In this document: positions 6,672 through 15,956 of the stretch, piece after piece
Position numbering within the stretch: position 1 is the first letter of the stretch
Layout of the letters: the number at the start of each line of letters is the position of its first letter
From: Steroidobacteraceae bacterium
GTDB taxonomy: Bacteria > Pseudomonadota > Gammaproteobacteria > Steroidobacterales > Steroidobacteraceae
Direction of reading: 5' to 3'
DNA length: 48,708 nt
Assembly: GCA_031415935.1 (NCBI GenBank)
Contig: JANOSR010000301.1
Location: forward strand, 1 to 48,708
The notes under the pieces: generated by a model
Databases searched by the model: none
What the model was told of the DNA's origin: nothing
Seen by the model: only the letters and a program-made list of their open reading frames with translations
Position numbers and translations under genes: made by a program

Positions 6672-7262
6672 ATGCCACTCATTCTCGCCTCGACGTCACC
6701 CTATCGCGCGGCCCTCCTCGAACGTCTCGGCCTGCCCTTCAGGGTGGCGGCGCCGGGCGTCGCCGAGGAACTGCTCGCGGGCGAGGCGCCGGCAGCGCGC
6801 GCCTTGCGGCTTGCGCTCGCGAAGGCCCATGCCATCGCGGCAGCGCACCCGGATGCCTGGGTGCTGGGATCCGATCAGGTCGCGGACTGCGACGGCCGGA
6901 TCCTGGAGAAGCCGGGTGCTGCTGACCGTTGCCGCGAGCAGCTCGCGATCTGTAGCGGTCGCTCCGTGACGTTTTTTACCGCCGCCGTCCTGGCGCGTGG
7001 CCAGTCCGCCGCCGTGTATCAGCACGTCGACCGAACGACCGTGCGATTCCGATCGCTCAGTGGCGACGAAATCGCGCGCTATGTGAAGCGCGACCGCCCA
7101 TTCGACTGCGCCGGCGGCTTTCGGAGCGAGGGGCTCGGCATCGCATTATTCGATGGCATCGATGGCAGCGATCCGACGGCGTTAATCGGATTGCCATTGA
7201 TCTGGGTCTCAAGCGCGCTGCGGCAGGTGGGGCTCGATCCTCTCGCCGCGACTCAATCCTGA
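6672..7262 (+). CDS. yceF: Maf-like nucleoside triphosphate pyrophosphatase (YceF type)
   Basis: MPLILASTSPYRAALLERLG... is a Maf N-terminus. Divergent from yceD as in E. coli. The track start at 6666 is a GTG two codons upstream. Confidence 0.9.
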   Translation: MPLILASTSPYRAALLERLGLPFRVAAPGVAEELLAGEAPAARALRLALAKAHAIAAAHPDAWVLGSDQVADCDGRILEKPGAADRCREQLAICSGRSVTFFTAAVLARGQSAAVYQHVDRTTVRFRSLSGDEIARYVKRDRPFDCAGGFRSEGLGIALFDGIDGSDPTALIGLPLIWVSSALRQVGLDPLAATQS

Positions 7263-8230
7263 CCGCCGGCCCTGCGCGGCAAGCCTGCAAGTATTTTCGC
7301 GAGGTCCTCGGGCAGTCCGACCGTGATCGCGACCCGTTGCTTCGACCCGGGCCAGCGGAATGCGATGGCGGTCGAGTGCAGGAACATGCGCCGCAGGCCG
7401 AACTCGCGCAGGCGGGTGTTGAACTCGCGCAGGCCGTATTTTTCGTCGCCTGCCACCGGATGACCCGCGAATGCCGCATGCACGCGGATCTGGTGCGTGC
7501 GCCCGGTGTGGATCTCGACATCCATCAATGAAGCAAGGTCGCGATAATGCTCGCGCGGGTCGAAGATCGAAATCGCAAGCTTTCCTTCCGCGTGCACGCG
7601 AACCATGCGTTCGCCTCCCTGCCGGACATGCGTCAGGACCGGGGCGTCGATCTTTTTGCGGCCGAGCTGCCATCGGCCGGCCACGAGTGCGGTGTAGTGC
7701 TTTTCGACCTGGCCCTCGCGCAACAACGCGTGCAATTCACGCAGGGCAGCGCGTGTGCGCGCGACGATCAGGCAGCCGCTGGTATCGCGATCGAGGCGAT
7801 GGGCGAGCTCCAGCGGCTCGTCCGGACGCAGGGCGCGCAGCGCTTCGATGAGTCCGAACGAGAGGCCGGATCCGCCATGAACAGCGAGACCAGCGGGTTT
7901 GTCGAATGCGAGGATGCGTTCGTCCTCGTGGATCAAGGCGTCACGCACCACTGCCTGCAGCGAATCCGGAACGCGTGCCAGCGTCCCCTCCCCGGCTGGA
8001 GCCTCCCGAAGCGGCGGCAGGCGCACCAGGTCATCGGCAGCGAGCCGGTACTCGGGTTTCGCGCGGCCGCCATTGACGCGTACTTCGCCACGCCGCAGCA
8101 GACGGTAGACGCGGCTGCGCGGCACACCCTTGAGCTCCCGCAACAGAAAGTTGTCCAGCCGCTGCCCGTCCCCGGCCGGCCCGGCGAGGATCTTCCGTAC
8201 GCGGCCCACGGAGGCTCCATCGTCACTCAC
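7253..8230 (-). CDS. rluC: 23S rRNA pseudouridine synthase RluC (RluA family with S4 domain)
   Basis: S4-like N-domain (RLDNFLLRELKGVPRSRVYRLLRRGEVRVNG). Catalytic HRLDRDTSG. GTG start with AGGAAA RBS. Divergent from rne as in E. coli. Confidence 0.9.
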   Translation of the reverse strand: MSDDGASVGRVRKILAGPAGDGQRLDNFLLRELKGVPRSRVYRLLRRGEVRVNGGRAKPEYRLAADDLVRLPPLREAPAGEGTLARVPDSLQAVVRDALIHEDERILAFDKPAGLAVHGGSGLSFGLIEALRALRPDEPLELAHRLDRDTSGCLIVARTRAALRELHALLREGQVEKHYTALVAGRWQLGRKKIDAPVLTHVRQGGERMVRVHAEGKLAISIFDPREHYRDLASLMDVEIHTGRTHQIRVHAAFAGHPVAGDEKYGLREFNTRLREFGLRRMFLHSTAIAFRWPGSKQRVAITVGLPEDLAKILAGLPRRAGGQD

Positions 8231-8627
8231 CGAGGTTTCCTAAAGTATTGATTTTCCGGGAGCATTGCTGATATCTTAGGCCTCAGTTTCAGGTCTTACG
8301 GCGCAGGTTCCGCGAAGCGGAGCGTGGCCGCTGACCGGTACGCGGACCCTCCCCCTCGACTCCCGGTTCTCCGTTGGTGTCGCGCCGGGCTGGCGCCGCA
8401 TGTTAGTTGGTCTGGAAGACCCAGACCATCGCCGGCCGTTCGCTCGGATGTGACGTCCCCGCGCGTGTCGACTACAACGCAGCATGCAATCGGATTCGGG
8501 CAGGCGGCCTTGCGCCGCGGCCCGCTTGCGCGCGCCTGCAGTCCACGCCTGCGGTTCGATGAGTTCCCCCTCGTGCTGATACGTGACATCGCTAGCCGCG
8601 CGGCCCCCAGTACCTCGGAAGGGGCAC
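8231..8627 (+). promoter_or_regulatory. rluC-rne divergent control region with a long rne leader. Candidate rne promoter TTGATT-N17/18-(A)TATCT(T) at 8248-8277
   Basis: 397-nt non-coding gap. AT-rich promoter-like segment at its 5' end. Several GC hairpins, e.g. GGTCTGG-AAGAC-CCAGACC at 8409-8427. GGAAGGGG RBS at 8617-8624. Confidence 0.4.
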
Positions 8628-11042
8628 ATGAAAAGAATGCTCATCAACGCAACCCAGCAGGAGGAGTTGCGCGTTGCTCTGGTTGACGGCCAGAAGCTTT
8701 ACGACCTGTCGATCGAAATACCGTCGCGCGAGCAGAAGAAGGGCAATATCTACAAGGCGCGCGTCACGCGCGTCGAGCCGAGTCTCGAAGCTGCCTTTGT
8801 CGAGTACGGCTCACAGCGCCAGGGTTTCCTGCCGCTGAAGGAAGTCGCGCGCGAATACTTCCGCTTCCAGCCCGCACCGGGCGCGCGCTTCAACATCCGG
8901 GATGTCCTGCAGGAAGGCCAGGAGCTGCTGGTCCAGGTCGAGAAGGACGAACGCGGCAACAAAGGCGCGGCTCTCACCACCTACATCAGTCTCGCCGGGC
9001 GCTTCCTGGTGCTGATGCCGAACAACCCGCGCGCCGGCGGCGTATCGCGGCGCATCGAGGGTGAGGATCGCGACGTCACGCGCGACTCGCTGGAGCAGCT
9101 GCGCCTGCCGGACGGCATGGGAACCATCGTGCGAACCGCCGGTGTCGGACGCGCTCCCGAGGAACTGCAGTGGGATCTCGAGACGCTGCGTGCAAACTGG
9201 GACGCGATCGTCACGGCAGCCGGTGAACGGCCGGCGCCATTCCTGGTTTACCAGGAGAGCGACGCCGTTACGCGCGCGCTGCGCGATTATCTCTCGGATG
9301 ACATCGGCGAGGTGCTGATCGACGAATCGGCCGCCTATCAACGCGCGCTGGAGTACGTGCAGCGATTTCAGACCACCGATGCGCAGCGGCAGCTGAAACT
9401 GTACAGCGACGACGTGCCGCTGTTCACGCGCTATCAGATCGAGAGCCAGATCGAGTCGGCCCACTCGCATACGGTGACGCTGCCTTCGGGCGGCAGTGTC
9501 GTGATCGATTACACCGAAGCCCTGGTTTCGATCGACATCAATTCGGCGCGCGCGACACGCGGCGCGGATATCGAGACGACGGCCTGCAACACCAATCTGG
9601 AAGCGGCCGAGGAAATTGCCCGGCAGCTCCGGATCCGCGATCTCGGCGGCCTGATCGTCATCGACTTCATCGACATGGAATCGAAGAAGAATCAGCAAGC
9701 CGTCGAAGACTGCCTCCGCGAAGCCGTCCGGTCGGACCGCGCGCGAATCCAGCTCGGCAGGATCTCTCGCTTCGGACTGATGGAAATGTCCCGCCAGCGC
9801 CTGCGGCCTTCGCTTGGCGAATCAACGCACTTGGCCTGCCCGCGCTGCAGCGGGATGGGGACGATACGCAGTGTCGAGTCCATGGCACTCGCCCTGCTCC
9901 GCCTGATCGGCGAGGAGGTGCGAAAGGACCGCACGACCCGTGTCGTGGCCCAGCTGCCCGTGGATGTCGCGACCTTCCTGATCAATGAAAAGCGGGAATG
10001 GCTCAATCAGCTCGAGAGCCGCAGCGCGACCGACATCGTGCTGGTGCCGGACCTGAACATGCAGACGCCGAACTATTCGATCCGGCGCGTGCGCGTGGAT
10101 GAGCTGGCGTTGCCTGAGAACGCCGTGACCAGCTATCAGATGGCCGGCCAGCCTGCCGTGCAGATCGATTTCAAGTCGGAAGCGGAAAAGCGCCCCGCAC
10201 CGGCGCCGCCGGCGGTGCAGACCATCGCGCCAGCAGCTCCGGCCCCTACGCCGGTGGCCGCACAGCGCAAGGAGACGGCGGGTACCGGCTTCTGGTCGCG
10301 CCTGCTCTACCTGTTCAAGGGCGGCGGCGAGCGCTCCGCAGCGGCTGCGGTCACGACCGGTGGCAACGGCCAGCGACGCCATGAACCGCGTGACAGCCGT
10401 CATCAACGCGATCGCGGCGAAGAGCGCGGCGGTTACCGGCGCGAGCGGGGTGATCATGGCCACCGATCCGAACAGCGGCACGGTCGAGACCGTGACCGGA
10501 ACCGGGATCGCGACCACAGCAGCGATCGCAGCCAGAATCGCGACCGCCACCGCGGACAGGACGCGGACCAACGCGGCGACCGGAATCGTCAGGAGTCTCA
10601 ACATCGCGACGTCGAACGTGCACAAGGCAGACCCAACGATGCACGGCCAGAGGCGCCCGCGCCTGCGCCCAGCCATGCGGAACAGGCGTCGATGGAAAGC
10701 GAGCCGCAGCGCCGGCGCCGCAGGCGGCGCGGACGCGGTGGCAATCGCGGGGCACGTCAGGAGCAGCACGGGCCGGCGGAATCCTCGCCGCCGGAGCAGG
10801 GTCATTCCGACGCTGCGGTGACCGAAGCTGCCGGCAAATTTGCCTCCCAACCGGCGGAGCAACAGGTGAGGCACGAGGCCGTCGAGTCTTCGCCACCCCC
10901 CGCATTACCGGTTGAGTCCGCGACTAGCCCGCCACCCGCGCAGCAGTTGCAGCCGGGGAGCACCGAGCAACGGCCAGCTCAGACCTATACGGTCTGGTCG
11001 TCGTCACCCGGGGAGGGTCAGCACTTCGGGCCCAAGGAATGA
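8628..11042 (+). CDS. rne: Ribonuclease E
   Basis: [22 protein letters not shown]... S1, 5'-sensor and DNase I-like catalytic half with CPRCSGMG Zn-link. Arg/Asp/Pro-rich C-terminal scaffold. Confidence 0.95.
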   Translation: MKRMLINATQQEELRVALVDGQKLYDLSIEIPSREQKKGNIYKARVTRVEPSLEAAFVEYGSQRQGFLPLKEVAREYFRFQPAPGARFNIRDVLQEGQELLVQVEKDERGNKGAALTTYISLAGRFLVLMPNNPRAGGVSRRIEGEDRDVTRDSLEQLRLPDGMGTIVRTAGVGRAPEELQWDLETLRANWDAIVTAAGERPAPFLVYQESDAVTRALRDYLSDDIGEVLIDESAAYQRALEYVQRFQTTDAQRQLKLYSDDVPLFTRYQIESQIESAHSHTVTLPSGGSVVIDYTEALVSIDINSARATRGADIETTACNTNLEAAEEIARQLRIRDLGGLIVIDFIDMESKKNQQAVEDCLREAVRSDRARIQLGRISRFGLMEMSRQRLRPSLGESTHLACPRCSGMGTIRSVESMALALLRLIGEEVRKDRTTRVVAQLPVDVATFLINEKREWLNQLESRSATDIVLVPDLNMQTPNYSIRRVRVDELALPENAVTSYQMAGQPAVQIDFKSEAEKRPAPAPPAVQTIAPAAPAPTPVAAQRKETAGTGFWSRLLYLFKGGGERSAAAAVTTGGNGQRRHEPRDSRHQRDRGEERGGYRRERGDHGHRSEQRHGRDRDRNRDRDHSSDRSQNRDRHRGQDADQRGDRNRQESQHRDVERAQGRPNDARPEAPAPAPSHAEQASMESEPQRRRRRRRGRGGNRGARQEQHGPAESSPPEQGHSDAAVTEAAGKFASQPAEQQVRHEAVESSPPPALPVESATSPPPAQQLQPGSTEQRPAQTYTVWSSSPGEGQHFGPKE

Positions 11043-11043
11043 A

Positions 11044-11517
11044 TCAGCGCGAGGCAGCAAGCGCGGCCAGCAGGCCGCGCGCTGCCTCCTCGACCAGGTC
11101 GAGTACGTCTTCGAAACCGGTCGCGCCGCCGTAATAGGGATCCGGAACTTCGCGCCGGCCCTGATCCGGCGCGAACTCCAGGAACAGGCGCACACGGTCG
11201 CGACGTTCCGGCGGCGCCATGTGGAGCAGGTGCCGGTAGTTCTGCTCATCCATCGCCAGCAGCAGGTCGAAGCGCTCGAAATCGGCCGCCTCGACGACCC
11301 GGGCCCGCAGCTGGCTCATGTCAATACCGCGGCGAAGCGCCGCCGCAACGGTGCGCGCGTCCGGGGCGGAACCGACGTGATACGTGTGCGTGCCTGCCGA
11401 GTCTGCCTCGACGGTAAGCCCTGCAGCTTCACGCTGGAGGAGGTCGCGGAACACCGCCTCCGCCGTCGGTGAGCGACAGATGTTGCCAAGGCATACAAAG
11501 AGCACACGCCGCGTCAT
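11044..11517 (-). CDS. Low-molecular-weight protein-tyrosine phosphatase
   Basis: VLFVCLGNICRSP (CX5R-S P-loop) and DPYY acid loop. ATG at 11517 overlaps the stop of the upstream ORF (ATGA). Confidence 0.9.
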   Translation of the reverse strand: MTRRVLFVCLGNICRSPTAEAVFRDLLQREAAGLTVEADSAGTHTYHVGSAPDARTVAAALRRGIDMSQLRARVVEAADFERFDLLLAMDEQNYRHLLHMAPPERRDRVRLFLEFAPDQGRREVPDPYYGGATGFEDVLDLVEEAARGLLAALAASR

Positions 11518-11816
11518 GCTCCGTTCCGTCGACGCAGCCATCCGCCCAAAAGTTCGAGCGCCGAATCGGGCCCGAGACCATAGCGCTCACCATAGAGCGC
11601 CGCGATCCGCTCCTTGAGTGCGCTGCTTTCCCAGTAGCCCTGATCCGCGCCGGCCAGAGCCCGCTGCCCCGCTTCGATCGCGGCGCGCGGCGCGCCGGCC
11701 GACGGCTGATCGACTTCCATGTGTATCACCGGCAGCCCGCGGCGCGACCGCTCGTTGGCGAGGCGGTTGATCTCAACAGCGTAGAAGGGCTCTACGTGCG
11801 CGCCGGCACCGTTCAT
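11514..11816 (-). pseudogene. Truncated relic of a class I/II PLP-dependent aminotransferase (N-terminal ~85 residues only), still an intact 100-codon ORF
   Basis: VEPFYAVEINRLANE..GLPVIHMEVDQPSAGAPRAAIEAGQRAL....GYWESSALKERIAALYGERYG follows the N-terminal pattern of aspartate/aromatic-type aminotransferases (xEPFxVMxxxxxA...IHMxxGxPDFxxPxxVxEAAxxAL...YTxxxGxxxLRxxIAxxY). The PLP-Lys core is absent. ATGA overlaps at both ends. Confidence 0.5.
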
Positions 11817-12580
11817 GGGCGCTGGGCGTTGGCCATCAGGCGCTCGACCTGCGCCAGGTCGGCAGCGGTATCCACACCCTGCCCTGGCGCTTCGTTTGCT
11901 TCGGCGACAGCGATCGCAAGGCCCGTCTCTAGCGCCCGCAACTGCTCGAGCCGTTCGAGCCGCTCAAGCGGCGACGGTGGCGATGCCGCAAGACGCTGCA
12001 AGGCGCCAAGCCGATAGGCGTAGATCCCGATGTGTCGCCAGGATCCCCGATAATCCTGCTGGCTGGCGAGACCTCCCGGCGCAGCATCGCGATTCCAGGG
12101 AATCGGCGCCCGGCTGAAATACAAGGCACGCCCGCCGGCGCGCATGACGACCTTGACGACATTCGGGTCGAGATATTCCTCCATGACCGTGATCGGCGTG
12201 CACAGTGTTGCGATATCCGCGCCCGGATCGCTGGCCAGCAGGTCGGCGGCCTGGTCGATCAGTACCGCCGGCAACAGCGGCTCGTCCGCCTGCACGTTGA
12301 CCACGATCGAATCGTCCGTCCAGCCTCGGCGCCGCGCGATCTCGGCAATCCGATCGGTGCCCGAAGGGTGGTCTCTGGACGTCAACTCGACCTCGGCACC
12401 AAATGCGACGCAGGCCGCCCGGACGCGCTCGTCATCGGTTGCGACGACGACCTCCAGGGCGCCTGATCGCACCGCGAGTCGGTACACGTGCTCGATCATC
12501 GGCCGGCCGGCGATCGGCGCGAGCACCTTGCCGGGCAAGCGCGTCGAGGCGAATCTGGCGGGAATCGCGACGCGAAACAT
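11813..12580 (-). CDS. kdsB: 3-deoxy-manno-octulosonate cytidylyltransferase (CMP-Kdo synthetase)
   Basis: MFRVAIPARFASTRLPGKVLAPIAGRPMIEHVY... is a canonical KdsB N-terminus. Confidence 0.95.
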   Translation of the reverse strand: MFRVAIPARFASTRLPGKVLAPIAGRPMIEHVYRLAVRSGALEVVVATDDERVRAACVAFGAEVELTSRDHPSGTDRIAEIARRRGWTDDSIVVNVQADEPLLPAVLIDQAADLLASDPGADIATLCTPITVMEEYLDPNVVKVVMRAGGRALYFSRAPIPWNRDAAPGGLASQQDYRGSWRHIGIYAYRLGALQRLAASPPSPLERLERLEQLRALETGLAIAVAEANEAPGQGVDTAADLAQVERLMANAQRP

Positions 12581-12772
12581 TCAGCGCCCCGCGAGTGCGG
12601 GATCGTCCAGCGACAGGCGGCGGGCTTCATCCGGAAGCATGACGGGAATGTCGTCGCGCAGCGGGTAGGCCAGACGATCGGCGCGGCACAGCAGCTCGCG
12701 TGAATCGCGAATCCACTGCAACGGGCCCTTGCAGACCGGGCAGGCCAGGATGTCGATCAGCTTGTCATCCAC
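12581..12772 (-). CDS. ycaR: Trm112/YcaR family zinc-ribbon protein (UPF0434)
   Basis: 63 aa, LDILACPVCKGPL. GTG start. Directly abuts kdsB as in E. coli. Confidence 0.85.
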   Translation of the reverse strand: MDDKLIDILACPVCKGPLQWIRDSRELLCRADRLAYPLRDDIPVMLPDEARRLSLDDPALAGR

Positions 12773-12776
12773 CGAT

Positions 12777-13772
12777 TCACGCTCCCAGGTTACGGTCTCG
12801 CACGAGACTGACGATGCGGTTCAGCATTGCCATTGCCGCCGGGCCTTCGATGTGCGTATCGACATCGACATACCAGACATTCTCCAGGCGGCCTTTCGGG
12901 CATTTTACGGCATCTTTCTCGGTCATCAGCACGGCTTGTCCGCCGTCATTGCCAATCGCCGTGCGGGGGATCGTCATGTGATCAGGCAGCGGATGCTCCT
13001 CGAGACTCAAGCCGTGCTCGCGCAACATCGCGAAGAACCGTTGTGGATTGCCGATCGCCGCGATTGCGCGGACTCTCCGGCCAGCAAACGCGGCGAGCGG
13101 CCGTCGTTCGCCGCCTTGGAGCGCGACCACCGCGACAGGCACGAGGTTCATCGAGACTGCGCCTGGCCAGGTGAACCCGGTGCCGTTCACGACTACGGTA
13201 TCGACTTCGTTGAGCCGGGTGCCTGGCTCGCGCAGCGGGCCGGCCGGCAGCAGGCGCCCGTTGCCAAGCCCGCGGGCACCGTCGATGACCACGATTTCCA
13301 GGTCCCGTTCAAGCGCGTAGTGCTGCAGGCCATCGTCTGCCAGGATGAGATCGCACATCGGCTCCAGCAAGCGCACGGCTTCAGCCCGCCGGGCCGCGAT
13401 CGCCACCGCAAGCTTCAGTCGCCGATACAGCAACAGGGCCTCGTCGCCTGCCGACACGGCATCATCGGCATCGGTGACGAGCCTCGCCGGTCCGCCGGCA
13501 GAGCGATAACCGCGGCTCGCGATGCCGATGCGCAGACCACGCGCGGCGAGTTTGCCGGCGAGCCAGATGACGAGCGGCGTCTTGCCCGTGCCGCCGACCG
13601 TCAGGTTGCCGACAACGATCACGGGTCGTCGCGACCGATAGCGCCGCAACACGCCGTGCCGGTACGCGAGTCGCCGCAGCGCGACCAGGCCCGCGAACAG
13701 CCAGGCGAGCGGCTGCAACCACCGGCCGCGGCGGCCACCGCCGTACCAGGTCTCGAGCAGCCAGTCGTGCAT
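12777..13772 (-). CDS. lpxK: Tetraacyldisaccharide 4'-kinase
   Basis: N-terminal membrane helix, then P-loop VGNLTVGGTGKTP. Confidence 0.9.
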   Translation of the reverse strand: MHDWLLETWYGGGRRGRWLQPLAWLFAGLVALRRLAYRHGVLRRYRSRRPVIVVGNLTVGGTGKTPLVIWLAGKLAARGLRIGIASRGYRSAGGPARLVTDADDAVSAGDEALLLYRRLKLAVAIAARRAEAVRLLEPMCDLILADDGLQHYALERDLEIVVIDGARGLGNGRLLPAGPLREPGTRLNEVDTVVVNGTGFTWPGAVSMNLVPVAVVALQGGERRPLAAFAGRRVRAIAAIGNPQRFFAMLREHGLSLEEHPLPDHMTIPRTAIGNDGGQAVLMTEKDAVKCPKGRLENVWYVDVDTHIEGPAAMAMLNRIVSLVRDRNLGA

Positions 13773-13783
13773 CGCGCGGATGC

Positions 13784-15565
13784 CTAGACGTTGAACTGCA
13801 TCCGGTGCAGCGCCGCATAGACGCTGCCGGCTGCCAGCAGTTCGGTATGGGTACCCGATTCGATGATGCGACCGTCGTCCAGCACGACGATCCGGTCCGC
13901 ATTCTCGATGGTGGACAGGCGGTGAGCGATGACGAGTGTCGTGCGATCGCGCAGCAGTTCCGTCAGTGCCTCCTGCACCGCCCTCTCCGACTCCGAATCG
14001 AGTGCCGACATCGCCTCGTCGAGGATCAGGACCGGCGCATTCTTGAGGAGCGCTCTCGCGATCGCGACGCGCTGGCGCTGGCCGCCGGACAAGAGTGCGC
14101 CGCGCTCGCCGACCTCCGTGTCGAGACCGCCCGGCAATTCGCTGGTGAAATCCAGCACATGCGCAGCGCGTGCCGCCCGCTCGACCGCGGCGGCATCGGC
14201 GCCCGGTGCGCTGAAGGCGATGTTGTTGCGGATCGAGTCGTCTACCAGCATGACTTCCTGGCTCACCAGGGAAAGCTGGTTGCGCAGGTCCTGCAGCCGG
14301 TAGTCGCGCAATTCGACGCCATCCAGCAGCACTTGTCCCGAATCGGGGTCGTAAAATCTCGGCAGCAGGCTCACCAGCGTCGACTTGCCGCTGCCGGAAC
14401 GCCCGACGATCGCGACCGTCTCGCCAGGCGCTACCTTAAAGCTGATGTCGCGCAGCACGCTGCCCTTGTCCAGGTCATAGGTGAAGTTGACGCCGCGAAA
14501 CTCGATTTCTCCGCGGGCGTGCCGAATGTGACGGGGTCCGCCCTGGTCCTCGGCCTCCGTGTCGAGTATCTCGAACACGCTCTGGCCCGCAGCGATCCCT
14601 TGCTGCAGCGGCCCGACCACGCTGACGAGGCGGCGCAGCGGTGCTGTGATCAAGAGAAGCGCCGTCAGGAACGACGTGAATTCGCCGACCGACATGCCTT
14701 TCTGCAGCACGTCACGCATCGCGACGTACATGACGGCGGCCAGGCCGCAAGCTGCGATGATCTGGACCACCGGGTGGGAAAGCGCTTTGACGGTCACGAG
14801 CTTCATGAAACTTGCCCGATTGCGCTCGTTGACCTGCTCGAAGGAAGCTTGCTGCTGTGACTGTGCGTTGAAGACCTTGATCATCCGGTGACTCTCGAGC
14901 ACCTCCTTGACGACCCGCGTGATGTCGCCCATCGAGGCCTGGATCCGCGTGCTGTAGCGCCGGAACAGGCGGCTCGTGATGCGCATCAGGCCGACGATCA
15001 ATGGCGCCACCGCCAGCGCGAAGACCGTCAGGCGCCAGTTCATGTAGAAAAGCCAGCCGAGCAGGCCCGCAATCGTCAGCGTGTCGCGGATCAGCGAGGT
15101 CACGGCCGTGGTCGCGGCTTCGGCGACCAGTTCGATGTTGTAGGTCAAACGCGAGAGCAGATGCGCGACGCCGTTGCGGTCGAAGTACGCCGAAGGCAAC
15201 TGCAGGTAGTGCGCGAAGATGTCACGCCGCATGGCCTTGATGACGTGGCGGCCCACCCAGCCGGGCGCGTAGATCGCAAGGTAGTCGCCGATGCCGCGTG
15301 CGGTGAACAGGATGATGATGCCGGCCGGCACCAACACCAGCACCTGACTGTCACGCTCGACAAAGGCGCCGTCCAGGAATTTCTTGACGAGCCAGGCGAG
15401 ACCGGTGTCGACAGACGCGAACAGCACCATGCCGACGACGCCCAGCATGAACATCGGCCAGTGCGGTCGTGCATAGGCCAGCAGGCGCAGGTAGATCCTG
15501 AGACCGCTGGTGCTCAGCGGCGGCAGGTCGCGGTCACTCTTCCGTTTGCTGGCTGATGGTTGCAA
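13784..15565 (-). CDS. msbA: Lipid A export ABC transporter MsbA (fused TMD-NBD)
   Basis: Six-helix TMD. Walker A GRSGSGKST, signature LSGGQRQR, Walker B ILILDEA. No ATG precedes the conserved N-terminal helix, so the TTG at 15565 is assumed (32-nt overlap with exbD). Start uncertain. Confidence 0.9.
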   Translation of the reverse strand: MQPSASKRKSDRDLPPLSTSGLRIYLRLLAYARPHWPMFMLGVVGMVLFASVDTGLAWLVKKFLDGAFVERDSQVLVLVPAGIIILFTARGIGDYLAIYAPGWVGRHVIKAMRRDIFAHYLQLPSAYFDRNGVAHLLSRLTYNIELVAEAATTAVTSLIRDTLTIAGLLGWLFYMNWRLTVFALAVAPLIVGLMRITSRLFRRYSTRIQASMGDITRVVKEVLESHRMIKVFNAQSQQQASFEQVNERNRASFMKLVTVKALSHPVVQIIAACGLAAVMYVAMRDVLQKGMSVGEFTSFLTALLLITAPLRRLVSVVGPLQQGIAAGQSVFEILDTEAEDQGGPRHIRHARGEIEFRGVNFTYDLDKGSVLRDISFKVAPGETVAIVGRSGSGKSTLVSLLPRFYDPDSGQVLLDGVELRDYRLQDLRNQLSLVSQEVMLVDDSIRNNIAFSAPGADAAAVERAARAAHVLDFTSELPGGLDTEVGERGALLSGGQRQRVAIARALLKNAPVLILDEAMSALDSESERAVQEALTELLRDRTTLVIAHRLSTIENADRIVVLDDGRIIESGTHTELLAAGSVYAALHRMQFNV

Positions 15566-15956
15566 TGTTGACCTGCGTGAAGCCGAGGCGCGCGGCCACG
15601 TCCATCGCAGTCACGACGGACTGGTGGGTCGCGCGGGCATCGGCGCGGATCGTCACCGGGCGGTCGGTCTCGCCGGCGGCCACTTTCTGCAATGTGGCAC
15701 GCAAAGTTTCGCGCGAATTATTGACGAGCGTGCGTTCATTGACGCGGTAGCCGCCCTGGGCTGTGATCGTGATGACGAGTGGATCCAGCGGCGCGTCGGC
15801 CGGCGCGGCGTTTGCTTCCGGAAGTTCGACGCGCAGCCGGCCTTCCTTCACGAATGTGGTCGCCAGCATGAAAAAGATGACCAGCAACAGCACGACGTCG
15901 ATCAGCGACGTCATGTTCAATTCCGGATCCTCGCTGCGTCTGGTGCCGAGTCTCAT
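15534..15956 (-). CDS. exbD: ExbD/TolR-family biopolymer transport protein
   Basis: 140 aa. Single TM with conserved Asp (NMTSLIDVVLLLVIFF). ATGA overlap with the exbB stop. Confidence 0.85.
   Translation of the reverse strand: MRLGTRRSEDPELNMTSLIDVVLLLVIFFMLATTFVKEGRLRVELPEANAAPADAPLDPLVITITAQGGYRVNERTLVNNSRETLRATLQKVAAGETDRPVTIRADARATHQSVVTAMDVAARLGFTQVNIATISQQTEE

Noticed and set aside
9822-10874. 350-aa minus-strand ORF, plus several other ORFs overlapping the rne 3' half
   Set aside because: They are antisense or out of frame to the repetitive Arg/Asp-rich RNase E C-terminal region. Repeat-driven open frames with no independent RBS or motif.
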